From Isurus oxyrinchus (Eukaryota), in contig JANJGN010000121.1 in the NCBI GenBank assembly GCA_026770705.1, positions 124,001 through 188,000 of the forward strand: a stretch of 64,000 bases of DNA, read 5' to 3'. The translations under genes and the position numbers were made by a program. Numbering within the stretch: position 1 is the first letter of the stretch; every line of letters starts with the position of its first letter. Positions 49,735 through 62,119 of this stretch are shown piece by piece. The notes beneath the pieces were generated by a model that worked only from the letters and a program-made list of their open reading frames with translations, was not told the origin of the DNA and made no database searches.

Positions 49735-50257
49735 AGGGAGGGAATCAAGAACCCCATATGCACAATTACCAACAGAAAGTGAACAACAATTTATACTTAA
49801 TGGGAAGACAGTGCTGATTGGTTGGCAAGTGGTCTCTGATAGGTGGAGGTGTTGCCGTGGAGAATGGTGTGTGCGAGATGTAAAGTTTAGACAGCTTGTC
49901 TCTTCATTCAGCAATAATCAAATAAAGATCAATTAACTTCTATCGACTGTGAAGCACTTTGAGAGGACTGAGAATGTGGATACTGAGAATGGGCTGCACT
50001 GTCAGAGGGTCAGCGCTGAGGGAGTGCTGATGTAGAATGAAAGATGTCGGTACTATTAATGCTTTTCATCATTGATATTAAAGTGATTTTTAGAGGTTGC
50101 TTTAGGACTGAACTGGAAGCTATCACCAGGTTATTGAGAATCAGACAGTGTGTTATAATAAGCTGTGTTTTGTGTTATTATGTAAACGTCACAGTTTGTG
50201 TTATTTCCCATTGAGTGTTGAATGTGAATTGTTGAGTAATTATAACACAGCACTTAC

Positions 50258-50631
50258 CAGAAACGTCAAGCTGGGTTACAGGATAGTAGCTGTAACTATT
50301 CCTGCTGTCAAACTCTAATCTGAAAAAATAAGGTCCTGCATCTTCCCGTCTGATGTTGTTTATAATCAGGGAACAGTCGCCATCTTTCAGGTCTCCAGAC
50401 AGCCGGGTCCGATGGCGGAATCTTTGATCCCTGTGACTGTGACCCTCGGAGTGAAAGGCTATAGACCATTTAGGCTGTGGGTTCCCATCTATTCCTTTCA
50501 ACCAGATTCCGCACGTGATCTCCCTACGAAATTTGATAAGTAACTGTAATGACATGGAATCGGTACACATGAACCTTCCTGTGCTGTCACCTCTCGTGGA
50601 GTGTCACCTTTCCACTCTTGTGACAGTCCAA
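50258..50631 (-). pseudogene. Gene C V-set exon with frameshift
   Basis: 374 nt (not 3n); CVPIPCHY in one frame, GIWLK...GDCSL...GPYFFRLEF in another; shift near 50511-50515. Confidence 0.88.
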
Positions 50632-51334
50632 CTGGGGAGAGAAATATCAACATTTGACTCTGGATAGTTTGTAGATCCACTAGACTCAATATCCACCCCC
50701 TCCATCACTGGGGCACAGTGGCTGCAGTGTGGACCATCTACAGGACACACAAGGAACTCCCCAAGGTTTCACAACGGATGGAACAGAATCCTGGACACAG
50801 GAGTGGACAATTTCATTCTACATTGGCTCATGGTCCTCAGGACCCTGTTTAGTGAAGCCAGTCTTCCACCCAACACAGTGTCCACAAGACACACAGGGAA
50901 ACTGTGTAAATATCTCATCTCTCAACACTGAATGGGCTGAGCTTCAATTTAACTTTCAGTATTGTTAAATTTCCTTATTGTGGTTGCTATGGTGAAACTG
51001 TGCAGGAAGTGTGAGGGCTGGACTCTCTGTCTATTCTCACTGCAGCTGTGATGTGGTCGTGGTGATTCTCAGTAAAATGAAACCCTCTGATCTCCTCAAT
51101 CCCCGAGGTTTAGGGAGTGAATTCCAGAGCTCAGGCCCCAGGCAGCTGAAGGCACGGCCGCCAGTATTGGAGTGATGGGAATCGGGGGATGGTCAAGAGG
51201 CCAGAATTGCAGTAACACAGAGATCTGGGAAGTTGATTGGTTGCGTTGCAGGAGGTTACAGAGATAAAGAGATAAGAATGATCTTTTACAAAGACTGTTA
51301 AATATATATCTGTCCAAGCTGACGATGATATTAC

Positions 51335-51395
51335 CTTGGAGAAGTGACAAGAGGAAGTAGATTTCCCGATCATTGTCCACTCCCAGATATTCCAT
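51335..51395 (-). CDS. Gene C signal-peptide exon (in frame only from upstream ATG: MEYLGVDNDREIYFLLSLLQ)
   Basis: Paralog of 11955-12036, 1 nt shorter; the ATG used in gene A (here 51373) is out of frame. Confidence 0.65.
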
Positions 51396-51823
51396 CCACT
51401 TCTCACTCTCAAGCTGTGAAAGAGAAAGGAGTTAATGAGACCTCACCTCTTGTCCAGCACCTTTCGAGAGATCAGAACTGCTTTTAGACAATGTCTTCAC
51501 AGACTAATTTGATTCTCTGTGGGATGATAGGTGCTCTGCAGAGAGTTACAAGGCTTTAAGAAAGACAAACAATGAAGGATTTGCATTTCTATAGCACCTT
51601 TCACCACCTCAGGACATCCCAAAGCTCATGTCCCTGCACTTCCCTCATCCATTGAGCTAGAAAGATGTTCTGTACAACAGACTTGAGCCTCACACCCAGA
51701 TCTCAATAATCAGTAGAAATCTTTCAAAGACATCATTCATTGGAATCTCTCTTTATAAAGTCACAACATCAACAAAGGACGGTGTTGGTGGTGGAAGTGA
51801 ATTCCAATCATTCCGTTACTTAC

Positions 51824-51965
51824 CCAGGACCTGTCCGACTGCTCGCCTGGGGAGGAACTGCCCACACGCTCTGCTTGGGCTGAATGACCTCTTCCTGTGC
51901 TGCTCCCTCTGTGTATTTAATGAGAAAGGGTTGATGTGTCTCTGTGAGTCAAAATGAGGAAGTTG
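51824..51965 (-). promoter_or_regulatory. 85-nt cassette exon with adjacent AP-1 (TGAGTCA) and PU.1/ETS (GAGGAAGT) motifs upstream of gene C
   Basis: TGAGTCAAAATGAGGAAGT at 51945-51963; also at ~52593-52611; ETS motif alone at 272-285. Confidence 0.45.
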
Positions 51966-53144
51966 GATCAAAGTGACAGACCAGCTCATGTTTTGAGATG
52001 TTGGTGAACTGTTAACCCTTTGTGTCCTGACCCTGTGTTGATATTTCTGCTCACAGGTGGACAGTCATTGACCAGGAGTTTCTCCTGTGGGTCAGTGGGT
52101 TTCACAGCCAAATTCAGGGGGTCAGAATGTTGTGGGATTCAAGACCCCATTCAGGGGACGTCTGCCCCACAGAGTAGACTGAAACTGCCCAGTGTCAGTC
52201 CTGAGGGAGTGCTGCACTGTCGGATGGTCATTACTGCACTATTGTATGGTCAGTACTGAGGGAGATCTCCACTGTTTGAGGGTGAGTACTGAGGGAGTGC
52301 TGCACTGTCAGAGGGACATTAATCAGGGAGTGCTGCAATGTTGGAGGATCAGTACTGAGGGAGTGCCGCACTGTTGAAGGGTCAGTATTAAGGTGCTGAT
52401 TTACAAGACAGGACAATGGATTAGGAGCCCTCAGAACTCCCCCCGTGATTTCCAATCATTCCGTTACTTACCCCGGACCTGTCCGACTGCTCGCCTGGGG
52501 AGGAACTGCCCACACGCTCTGCTTGGGCTGAATGACCTCTTCCTGTGCTGCTCCCTATTTGTGTTTAATTAGAAAGGGTGGATGTGTCACTGTGAGTCAA
52601 AATGAGGAAGTGCTTGGTACCAAGTGAGAAAGATGCTCTTTGCCTCGCACTGTTAGAAAACTGTTAACCCTTTGCGTGCCAAGAATGTTTTTGAGGGGCA
52701 TTGACTGTTCACATGCAACAAGCTCGAGGGGTTGACTGGGCCTCCTCCTGTTCCTGTGTAACAGGCACGAGGAGGGTGAATAGGCCTCCTCCTGTTCCTG
52801 TGTGACAGGCTCGAGGGGCTGAATAGGCCTCCTCCTGTTTCTGTGTAACAGGCTCATGGGGCACAATGGGTCTCCTCCTCTTTCTGTGTAACAAGCTTGA
52901 GGGGCTGAATGGGCCTCCTCCTGTTCCTGTGTAAAAGGCTCGAGGGGCTGAATGGGCCTCCTCCTGTTCCTGTGTAACAGGCTCATGGGGGCTGAATGGC
53001 CTCCTTCTCTCACTGTGTACCAGGCTCGAGGGGCTGAGTGGGCCTCCTCCTGTTCCTGTGTAAAAGGCTAAAGGGGCTGAATTGGCCTTCCCCAGTTCCT
53101 GTGTACCAGGCTCGAGTACATTAGGAGCATCATTGGAAGCAGCA

Positions 53145-53970
53145 TTTCACTTGCACTTTCCTCAATTTAATCTACTGCATTCACTGCTCCCAATGTGGTC
53201 TCCTCTACATGGGACAGACCAAACACAGACTGGGTGATCGCTCTGATGAACACCTTCGGTCTGTCCACAAGCATGACCCAGACCTCCCTGTCGCTTGCCA
53301 TTTTAACACCCCACCCTGCTCTCATGCCCACATGTCTGTCCTTGGCCTGCTGCATTGTTCCAGTGAAGCCCAACACAAACTGGAGGAACAGCACCTCATC
53401 TTCCGACCTGGCACTTTACAGCCTTCCCGACTGAATATTGAGTTCAACAATTTCAGATCATGAACTCTCTCCTCCATCCCCACCCCCTTTCCAATCTCCC
53501 TTTTTCCAATAATTTATCATTTTTAATATTTTTTTTTATTTATATATTTTTCTTTTCCCGCCTATTTCCATTATTTTTAAATGTTTTACATCTGTTGTTG
53601 TATCTCTACCTTTTAGCCTATTTCAATCCTTTCCCCCACCCCACCCCCACTAGGACTATCTGTCTCTTGCTCATCCTGCTTTCTACCCTTAATGTCCCCA
53701 TTAGCACATTCCTCAGATAATATCACCACCGTCAACACCCCTTTGTCCTTTTGTCTATCACATCTTTGGCAACCTCTTCTTTACCTCCACCTATCACTGG
53801 CCCACAATCCAGCTCTACCTGTCCCACCCCCTCTACCAGCTAAAACGTCACCTCATTTCTCGATTCCTTTAGTTCTGATGAAGAGTCATACAGACCCAAA
53901 ACGTCAAGTGTGTTCCTCTCCGCAGATCCTGTCAGACCTGCTGAGTTTTTCCAGCTATTTTTGTTTTTGC
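53145..53970 (+). mobile_element. Penelope-like element 3' fragment (GIY-YIG endonuclease)
   Basis: CSQCGLLYMGQTKHRLGDR..EHLRSV...PVACHFN...LEEQHLIFR.GTLQP..LNIEF; terminal ctgatgaagagtcat...aaacgt; short terminal pieces also at 1030-1245 and 54655-54870. Confidence 0.85.
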
Positions 53971-55974
53971 TCCTGTTCTTGTGGAACAGGCTTGAGTGGC
54001 TGAATGGAGCCCCTAAAGTTCCTGTGTAACAAGCTTGTGGAGGCTGAATGGGTCTCCTGTACCTGTGAAACAGGCTCAAGGGGACAGAATGGGCCTCCTC
54101 CTGTTCCTGTGTAACAGGCTCGAGGAGGGTGAATGGGCCTCCTCCTCTTCCTGTGTAACAGGCTCAAGGGGACAGAATGGGCCTCCTCCTCTTCCTGTGT
54201 AACAGGCTCGAGGGGGCTGAATGGGCCTCCTCCTCTTCCTGTGTAACAGGCTCAAGGGGCTGAATGGGTTTCCTATTCCTGTGTAAGAGGGTTGAGAGAC
54301 TGAATGTGCTCTTCCTGTTCCTGGATAACAGGCTAATGTGACTGAATGGCCTCCTCTTGTTCCTGTGTTACAGGTTCTATGGGGCTGAATAGGACTCCTC
54401 CTTTTCCTGTGTAACAGGCTCGAGGGGCTGAGAGTCTCTCCTGTTCCTGTTGAAGGGTGTTGAGAGACTGAATGGCCTCTTCCTGTTCCTGTGTAATAGG
54501 CTCATGAGGCTGATGGGCCTTCTCCTGTTCCTGTGTAACAGGCTCAAGTGCTGAATGGGCCTCCTGCTGTTCCTGTGTAACAGGCCCAAGGAGGCTGAAT
54601 GGGCCTCCTCCTGTTCCTCTGTAACAGGCTCAGGTGCTGAATGTCCTCCTCTCATTAAAAATAAATACTGCAGATGCTGTAAATCTGAAATAAAAACAGG
54701 AAATGCTGCATTAACTCAGCAGGTGTGGCAGCAGCTGTGGAGAGAGAAACAGAGTTTTTGCTTATAGACTCTGAAGAATGGTCATACGGACTCGAAATGT
54801 TAATTCTGTTTATCTCTGCACAGATGCTGCCAAACCTACTCAGTTTCTCCAGCATTTTCTGTTTTTATTTCAGGTGCTCTCTTGTTCCTGTGTAGCAGGC
54901 TCGAGGGGGCTGAATGACCTCCTCCTGTTCCTATTCAATGGGCAGTCAAAGCATGTGTCTGATTTTGGACATCGAACCCAATTCTGTCCTCAGGACACTG
55001 ATAGAGGGAGAGACCAGTTATAGATCAATGCAGGAGGATTATTTATTTTCCCAATCTTTGATCCAAGCATCTCATCAAACATAGAGCAGAACCAGGATCG
55101 AGTATGTTGGTCTCTGTGATCTGTAACACATCGCACAGTCCACCCATCCACTCAGCCTTCAGAATGGATGCTAATTGTACTCTCCAAGTGTGAAGGACTA
55201 AAATTGTGGTTTATTGCAGCTATATCTCATTCTGTTATCAAAGCTGTCTCATCCATCCATGACATATTGAAGAAGATAAACCTGCAACCAATTTTTCACA
55301 TCATAATTTCCAATGTTCATTGGCTATATCAATGTAAACATGTCACGTTGTACTGATGAACTCCCATCATTGCTGGCACTGTAGCACATGTTATCCTCTA
55401 AGCTGCAGAGAATTTCTCAAATCTCCAATCAAATTGTATCCCAGATTGTTGTTCGTTTCGCTGTTTAACAATGAAGTGTAAAATCCAAATATATTTCTGA
55501 AAATACATTTGACTACAAAATGGTGTAAATTTTACCAATCTCCTCTGTTCCAATTATCCACCGATCCTGCATTTCCTGAAGTCTGCACTGGCTGATGAAT
55601 ATTCTAAACACTGACAGACAGGAAGGTGAATAACAGAATGAAAATTAACTCTTAATCGCGGACACGGGATTGAATTTGTCCGTTATGTCCTGGTACATCA
55701 TCGAACGATATCTAAAGACATTTACAATCAGAATGGAGAGAAGGATGTTTCCAACAGTGAGGGACAATTCTGAAGGAGGATGTTCGAATTGAAACCCACA
55801 GACAATCATCCTGGATAGATCATTCCGAAGAAATTCCATCAGATTGTAACAAGAGGTTTAAATCTATTTCCTGGGAGTGAGTTCCTGTGGATATTAGGAA
55901 GGTAAATTGGAGTTTTGAATGATTCTCCCATTCTGTATTCTCCCCACACTGTGTGTGTCTCATTCTTGCTCAGT

Positions 55975-56091
55975 TTATAAATTCCCATAAACAGAATCCT
56001 TGGCAAAATCACAGTTTGCGTAAAGATCATCATCTGTATCAGGACTGACTCCGCGGTTAGATTTCATTTCCAGATCCTTCTCATCTTTCTT
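55975..56091 (-). CDS. Gene D terminal exon (…DDDLYANCDFAKDSVYGNL*)
   Basis: 117 nt, paralog of 2360-2476 with Tyr motifs conserved. Confidence 0.8.
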   Translation of the reverse strand, partial: KKDEKDLEMKSNRGVSPDTDDDLYANCDFAKDSVYGNL

Positions 56092-59000
56092 CTGTAATAG
56101 AAACAGAAATGATCAGAGTGACAATCAGAGTGATCAGTGTTTAGTATTATTGATCCAAATCGAAAATTGCACCCACAATACATACATTAATTATTGACAC
56201 TGAACAGGGTTTGATTATTGATACTGAACGGGGTTTGATTATTGATTCTGAACGGGGTTTGATTATTGATACTGAACGGGGTTCGATTATTGATACTGAA
56301 CGGGGTTTGATTATTGATACTGAACGGGGTTTGATTATTGATACTGATGGGATTTGTTTATTGATTCTGAACGGGGTTCGATTATTGATACTGAACGGGG
56401 TTTGATTATTGATACTGAATGGGGTTTGATTATTGATACTGAACGGGGTTTGATTATTGTTACTGAACGGGGTTTGATTATTGACACTGAACGGGGGTTG
56501 ATTATTGATACTGAACGGGGTTTGATTATTGATACTGAACGGGGTTTGATTATTGATACTGAATGGGGTTTGATTATTGATTCTGAATGGTGTTTGATTA
56601 TTGATACTGAACGGGGTTTGATTATTGTTACTGAACGGGGGTTGATTATTGACACTGAACGGGGGTTGATTATTGATACTGAACGGGGTTTGAATATTGA
56701 TACTGAACGGGGGTTGATTATTGATACTGATCGGGGGTTGATTATTGATACTGAACGGGGGTTGATTATTGACACTGAACGGGGTTTGATTATTGATTCT
56801 GAACGGGGTTTGATTATTGATTATGAACGGGTTTTGATTATTGATACTGAACGGGGTTTGATTATTGACACTGAACGGGGTTTGATTATTGATTCTGAAC
56901 GGGGTTTGATTATTGATACTGTACGGGGTTTGATTATTGATTATGAACGGGTTTTGATTATTGATACTGAACGGGGTTTGATTATTGATTATGAACAGGT
57001 TTTGATTATTGACACTGAACAGGGTTTGATTATTTATACTGAACGGGGTTTGATTATTGATCCTGAACGGAGTTTGATTATTGATCCTGAAAGGGGTTTG
57101 ATTATTGATACTGAACTGGGTTTGATTATTGACATTGAACGGGGTTTGATTATTGATTCTAAACGGTGTTTGATTATTGAACCTGAACGCAGTTTGATTA
57201 TTGATACTGAACGGGGTTTGTTTATTGATTCTGAACAGTGTTTGATTATTGATTCTGAAAGGGGTTTGATTATTGATACTGAACGGGGTTTGATTATTGA
57301 TTCTGAACGGTGTTTGATTATTGATTCTGATCGGGGTTTGATTATTGATACTGAACGAGGTTTGATTATTGATACTGAACGGGGTTTGATTATTGATTCT
57401 GATCGGGGTTTGATTATTGATTCTGAACGGTGTTGGCTGTGAGTTTGGTTGGGTTTGGGAGTGACTGTATAAAACATTGCAGATACAGGACTGGAGCAGC
57501 CATATCAATAACCAGGCTACTGGAGCAGCTGAGAGGCTGGGGATCCTGTGGTGTGTGACTCACCTGATTCCTCAAAGCCCAACCACGCTCACAGTTTTCA
57601 TAAACAGGACCTCGATATTCATCAACACGATGGTTCGATTTGATTCCTGCTTTCCCCTCGCCTCTCTTCTGTAATAGAGATGGAAATGGACAGAGTGACT
57701 ATCAACATGATGTGTATTCGGTGTTGGGTTTGATTATTGGGGAGAGAGTTCCAGATTTCCACTCCCCTTTGTGTGAAGAAGTGCTTCCTGACATCACTCC
57801 TGAACGGCCTGGCTCCAATCTGAAGTTCCAGCCCCCTTGTTCTGGACTCCACCCGACCCCCACCACCCACCCCCACCCGAGGGAATAGCTTCTCTCTATC
57901 GACCCTATCGAGTGTTTAATCAGTTTGAACCCCTCAGTTACATCACTCCTTTAATCTTCTAGACCTGAGGGAATATAATCGTAGACTGTGTGTAACCTGT
58001 CTGCATAATTTAACCAGAAAGATGTTCTGTACAACAGACCTGAGCCTCACACCCAGATCTCAATAATCTGTAGAAATCTTTCAAAGGCATCAATCATTGG
58101 AATCTGTCTTTATAAAGTCACAACATTAACAAAGGACGGTGTTGGTGGTGGAAGTGAATTCCAATCGTTCCGTTACTTACCCAGGACCTGTCCGACTGCT
58201 CGCCTGGGGAGGAACTGCCCATACGCTCTGCTTGGGCTGAATGACCTCTTCCTGTGCTGCTCCCTCTGTGTGTTTAATGAGAAAGGGTTGATGTGTCTCT
58301 GTGAATCAAATCAGGAATTGGGGAACAATTGTGAAAACCCTTTCATTGAAACGTAGGGCCTTAGTGTTGTGTTGTAAGCAAACTGTTAACCCTTTGTGTC
58401 CTGACTCTGTGTCGTGATTCCTGTGTAAAGCTGAGCAGTCGTTGAGCGAGTTTCAATTCACTGCTCAATCCAGCTGTTGAGGTGGATCTTCTGAAGGAGC
58501 AGATGTTGCTCAGCGCTCCTTAAAAATGTGAGAGACTGAACAACGTGTAGGAGGATGAGAGAGAGAATGAGAAGGAGAGCATTAGTGGAGATAAGAGAGA
58601 GTGAATGAAACATGGAAAGAGGAAAGAGATGGCATTCACTAACAAAAGAAAGGTTTTCATTTATATAGCTCCTTTCACATCCTCAGTAGGTCACAAGGTA
58701 TCTTATGGTCCGAGTCAACACTGCCAGTTACAGGACTGAGTTGTGAAACAGTGAGTGTTGGATGAGATGTTAAACAGTAGGTGAACATCAAAACTCTTCA
58801 GGGGCTGTGAAGGGTTTTGGGTTGTGAAAGGTGCTATAGAAATGCAAGTTCTTTCTATAAGGAGAGAAGTTTGAAGAAAACATTTTCAAAAACAACCAAT
58901 TAAACCTTCACACTTACTTTCTCACACACTTGAAGATGAAGAATCCACTCAGTCCAACACTCAAACAGATTCCAGCTCCAAGCAATCCTGCTTTCCATTC

Positions 59001-60562
59001 ATTGGAATCTCGCCCTGTAAAATCAGCCAATGAATGACTCCGGTACAGTTTGAGAATGGTTCCCTATGTACATGTAGTAATTCTGAACTTGTGAAGTGAT
59101 ATTGTCTATGCATGAAAGGTCTATACAAATAACATTTATCTATGTAATATTTATTGATAATATCCATGTACATGCAGGTTTCTATAAGGAGGATTCACAT
59201 ATAACAGAGGTGCCAAGCTGCTGAGGTGACACACAGGACTACATACACACCAAACAGCGGAAACAACATGCTATAGACAGAGCAAAGCGATCCCACAACC
59301 AACGGGTCAGATCTAAGCTCTGCAGTCCTGCCACATCCAGTCATGAATGGTGATGGACAATTAAAGATCTAACAGGAGGAGGATGTTCCACAAATATCCC
59401 CATCCTTAATGATGGGGGAGCTCAGCACATCAGTGCAAACGACAAGGCTGAAGCATTGGCAACCATGTTCAGCCAGAAGTGCTGAGTGGATGATCCATCT
59501 CGGCCTCCTCCAGAGGGTCCCAGCATCACAGATGTCAGCTTTCAGACAATTCGATTGACTCCACGTGACATCAGCAATTAGCTGATGATACTGGGTACAG
59601 CAAAGGCTATTGGCCCTGGCAACAACCCAGCAACAGGAAATAATGTGGCTACAAGAGCGGGTAAGAGGCTGGGAACTCTGCGGTGAGTAACTCACCTCCT
59701 GACCCCCCAAAGCCTGTCCACCATCGACAAGGCACAAGTCAGGAGTGTGATGGAATAATCTCCAATTGCCTGAATAAGTGCAGCTCCAACAACACTCAAG
59801 AAGCTCCACACCATCCAGGAGCAGCTTGTTTGATCGACAGCCCATCCACCAGCATAAACATTCATACCCTCCACCACTGGCACACAATGGCAGCAGTGTG
59901 TGCACCATCTACAAGATGCACTGCAGCAACTCACCAAGGCTCCTTCGACAGCACCTTCCAAACTCTTAACCTCTTCCACCAAGACAGTTCCAAGTCAGTG
60001 AGGTGTGTGATTTGGAAGCGAACTTGAGGTGGTGGTCTGCCCTGGGACTTGGAAATATATTGGCCGTTCTTTCACCATCACTGGGACAAAATCCTGGAAC
60101 TCCCACCCTAACAGCACTGAGGGTGTACCTACACCACAGGGAATGTAGTGGTTAAAGGAGGCAGCTCACCACCACCTTCTCAAGGGGCAGTTACAGATGG
60201 GTAATAATTTCTGGTCTTGTCAACAATGCCCACATCCCATGAGCTAACAACAAGAGAACGTTCAATTCTGTGTAACTCACGTTCCACAGTGATGGTTATG
60301 AACCCCTCCACTGCTCCATGTTCATTCACTGCCACACACTGATAGTCTCCAGTGTCCCTGGATGTAAGGTGAGGAATCACCAACCACAGCTCATTGTTGG
60401 AACTTGTTCTGTTCATTGGGACATTAAGATGTCGCCACGTCAGGTTAGAAGCTGGGAAGCTCTCGACAGAGCAGATTATCACTGCAGAATTCCCCTCAAT
60501 TATATTGATCGATGAAGCGTTAATCATATCAAGAGAATTAATTGAGAGATTCTGTGGTGTGT
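55975..60562 (-). CDS. Siglec-like gene D, duplicate of gene A (3' part; 5' exons presumably beyond the window)
   Basis: Exons 60281-60562 (Ig, intact donor), 58918-59014 (TM), 58181-58265, 57564-57668 (YENC) and 55975-56091 (LYANC/SVYGNL*) are all open and phase-compatible. Confidence 0.87.
56190..57430. repeat. 24-bp minisatellite, ~50 units
   Basis: Same unit as 2575-2855; source of the 453- and 362-aa repetitive ORFs. Confidence 0.95.
57564..57668 (-). CDS. Gene D cytoplasmic exon 2 (YENC motif)
   Basis: 105 nt, paralog of 2990-3094. Confidence 0.7.
58181..58265 (-). CDS. Gene D putative cytoplasmic exon 1 (85-nt cassette)
   Basis: Open in phase 2-0: GSSTGRGHSAQAERMGSSSPGEQSDRSW. Confidence 0.6.
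58918..59014 (-). CDS. Gene D transmembrane exon
   Basis: Same sequence as 4398-4494. Confidence 0.9.
60281..60562 (-). CDS. Gene D membrane-proximal Ig exon
   Basis: 282 nt phase 1-1, tttcag acceptor, C|GTGAGT donor. Confidence 0.92.
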
Positions 60563-62119
60563 CTGAAAACAAATAAAGATCATTACTTACATTGACTGTG
60601 AAACGCTTTGAGACACCCTGAAAATGTGAAAGGTGTGATATCAATGTAGGTTCCTTCACCACAAAGCACTTAATTCAGGCAGACACTTCAGTTCAGTACT
60701 GAGGGAGTGCTGTATTGTTGGAGGGTCAGTACTGATGGAGTGCTGCACTGTTGGAGGGTCAGTACTGAGGTAGTGCTGCACTGTGGGAGGGTCAGTACTG
60801 AGGGAGAGCTGCCCTCTTGGCGCGTGAGTACTGATGACCTGCTGCACTGTTGGAGGGCAGGTACTGTGAAAGCTGCACTGCCACATAGTCAGTACTGAGC
60901 AAGTACTTCACTGTCAGAGAAGCAGTACTGAGGGAGTGCTGAACTGTTGGAGGATCAGTACTGAGGGAGTGCTGCACTGTTGGAGGATCAGAACCGCTTC
61001 ACTGAGTTTCGGTTAAAACTGAACTGGAACACACACTGTCAGAGGGTCAGTACTGAGGGAGTGCTGCACTGTTGGAGAATCAGTACTGAGGGAGTGCTGC
61101 ACTGTCAGAGGATCAAATTATTTCTGATCCAAACCCCATATTGTTGTATTGTTGATTCCGATGCAGCATTGTAGACTGACTTGTCCCCAAGCTCAGCACT
61201 GACCCTACTCCAGCAGACACTGTGAAACACACTAACAAAGCTCCTCTAGCCTGAGCTCTGCATGTGTTGGAGGTGCCGCTGTGGTGGGTTCATGACCTTC
61301 ACCATCCGCTTCACTGAGTTTCGGTTAAAACTGAACTGGAACACACACTAAACGCTGATGGAAACCATCACTTCCTCTTCTCCAACATGAAGAGTTTCAG
61401 CAGAAGAGGTAAACTGTTGCTGAAAAGGAACTTTCTTCATCATATCACAGAATCATATAGAATAGCAGGAGGCCATTCATGCCATCTTGGCTGTGCTAGC
61501 TCTTTAAAAGAAGCACACAATTGGTTTCAATCCACCTCTCTTCCCCCATCGTCCTTCAAATTCTTCCTGTTCCAGATTGAATCCAAATTCATGAATATAA
61601 ATCCCCTCAGATGGGAGTAACCATCACTGAGCAGGCAGGTTAGGTTTTATTGTACACAGCGAGTTGCTGTGATCTGGAAGGTGCTGCCTGAAAGGGCGGT
61701 GGAAGCAGATTCAATAGGATCTTTCAAAATACTTGCAGAGTGTGAGAGAATGGGAGATTGGGACCAATTGGATATCTGTCCCAGGAGACCAGGACAGGGA
61801 CAATGGGCTGAGTGGCCTCTTTCTGTGCTGTTTGATTCTGTGGTTTTCTAATATTTATCTGCACTGCAGATCAGAGACAAACAGGAAACAATAAACTTCT
61901 GACCTTTCCACCCAGGCTGAATTGTCATCTCTTTATTTTCAGCCAGTTTGCTTAATTCTTGTGGTTTGGTGGTGAAACTGTGCAGCAAGTGTGAGTGTTG
62001 GGTTGTAGATCTGTCTATTCTGACTGCTGCTGTGCTCATGGTGACTTCTCAATCACATGAGAGTCTCTGAGATCCTCCACACCCAAGGATTAAGGAGAGA
62101 CTTCCAAAGATTCAGGACC

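Larger units (their letters stand above)
47778..51395 (-). pseudogene. Gene C: disrupted Siglec-like gene with an activating-type TM
   Basis: SP exon 51335-51395 with 1-nt deletion, frameshifted V-set 50258-50631, no C2 exon, 5'-truncated Ig 49582-49734, TM/terminal exon 47778-47917. Confidence 0.8.

Noticed and set aside
56147-57508. Longest ORFs (453 aa INNQTPFS and 362 aa IIDTERGL repeats)
   Set aside because: Translations of a 24-bp intronic minisatellite, open on both strands, with very different copy number in the paralog
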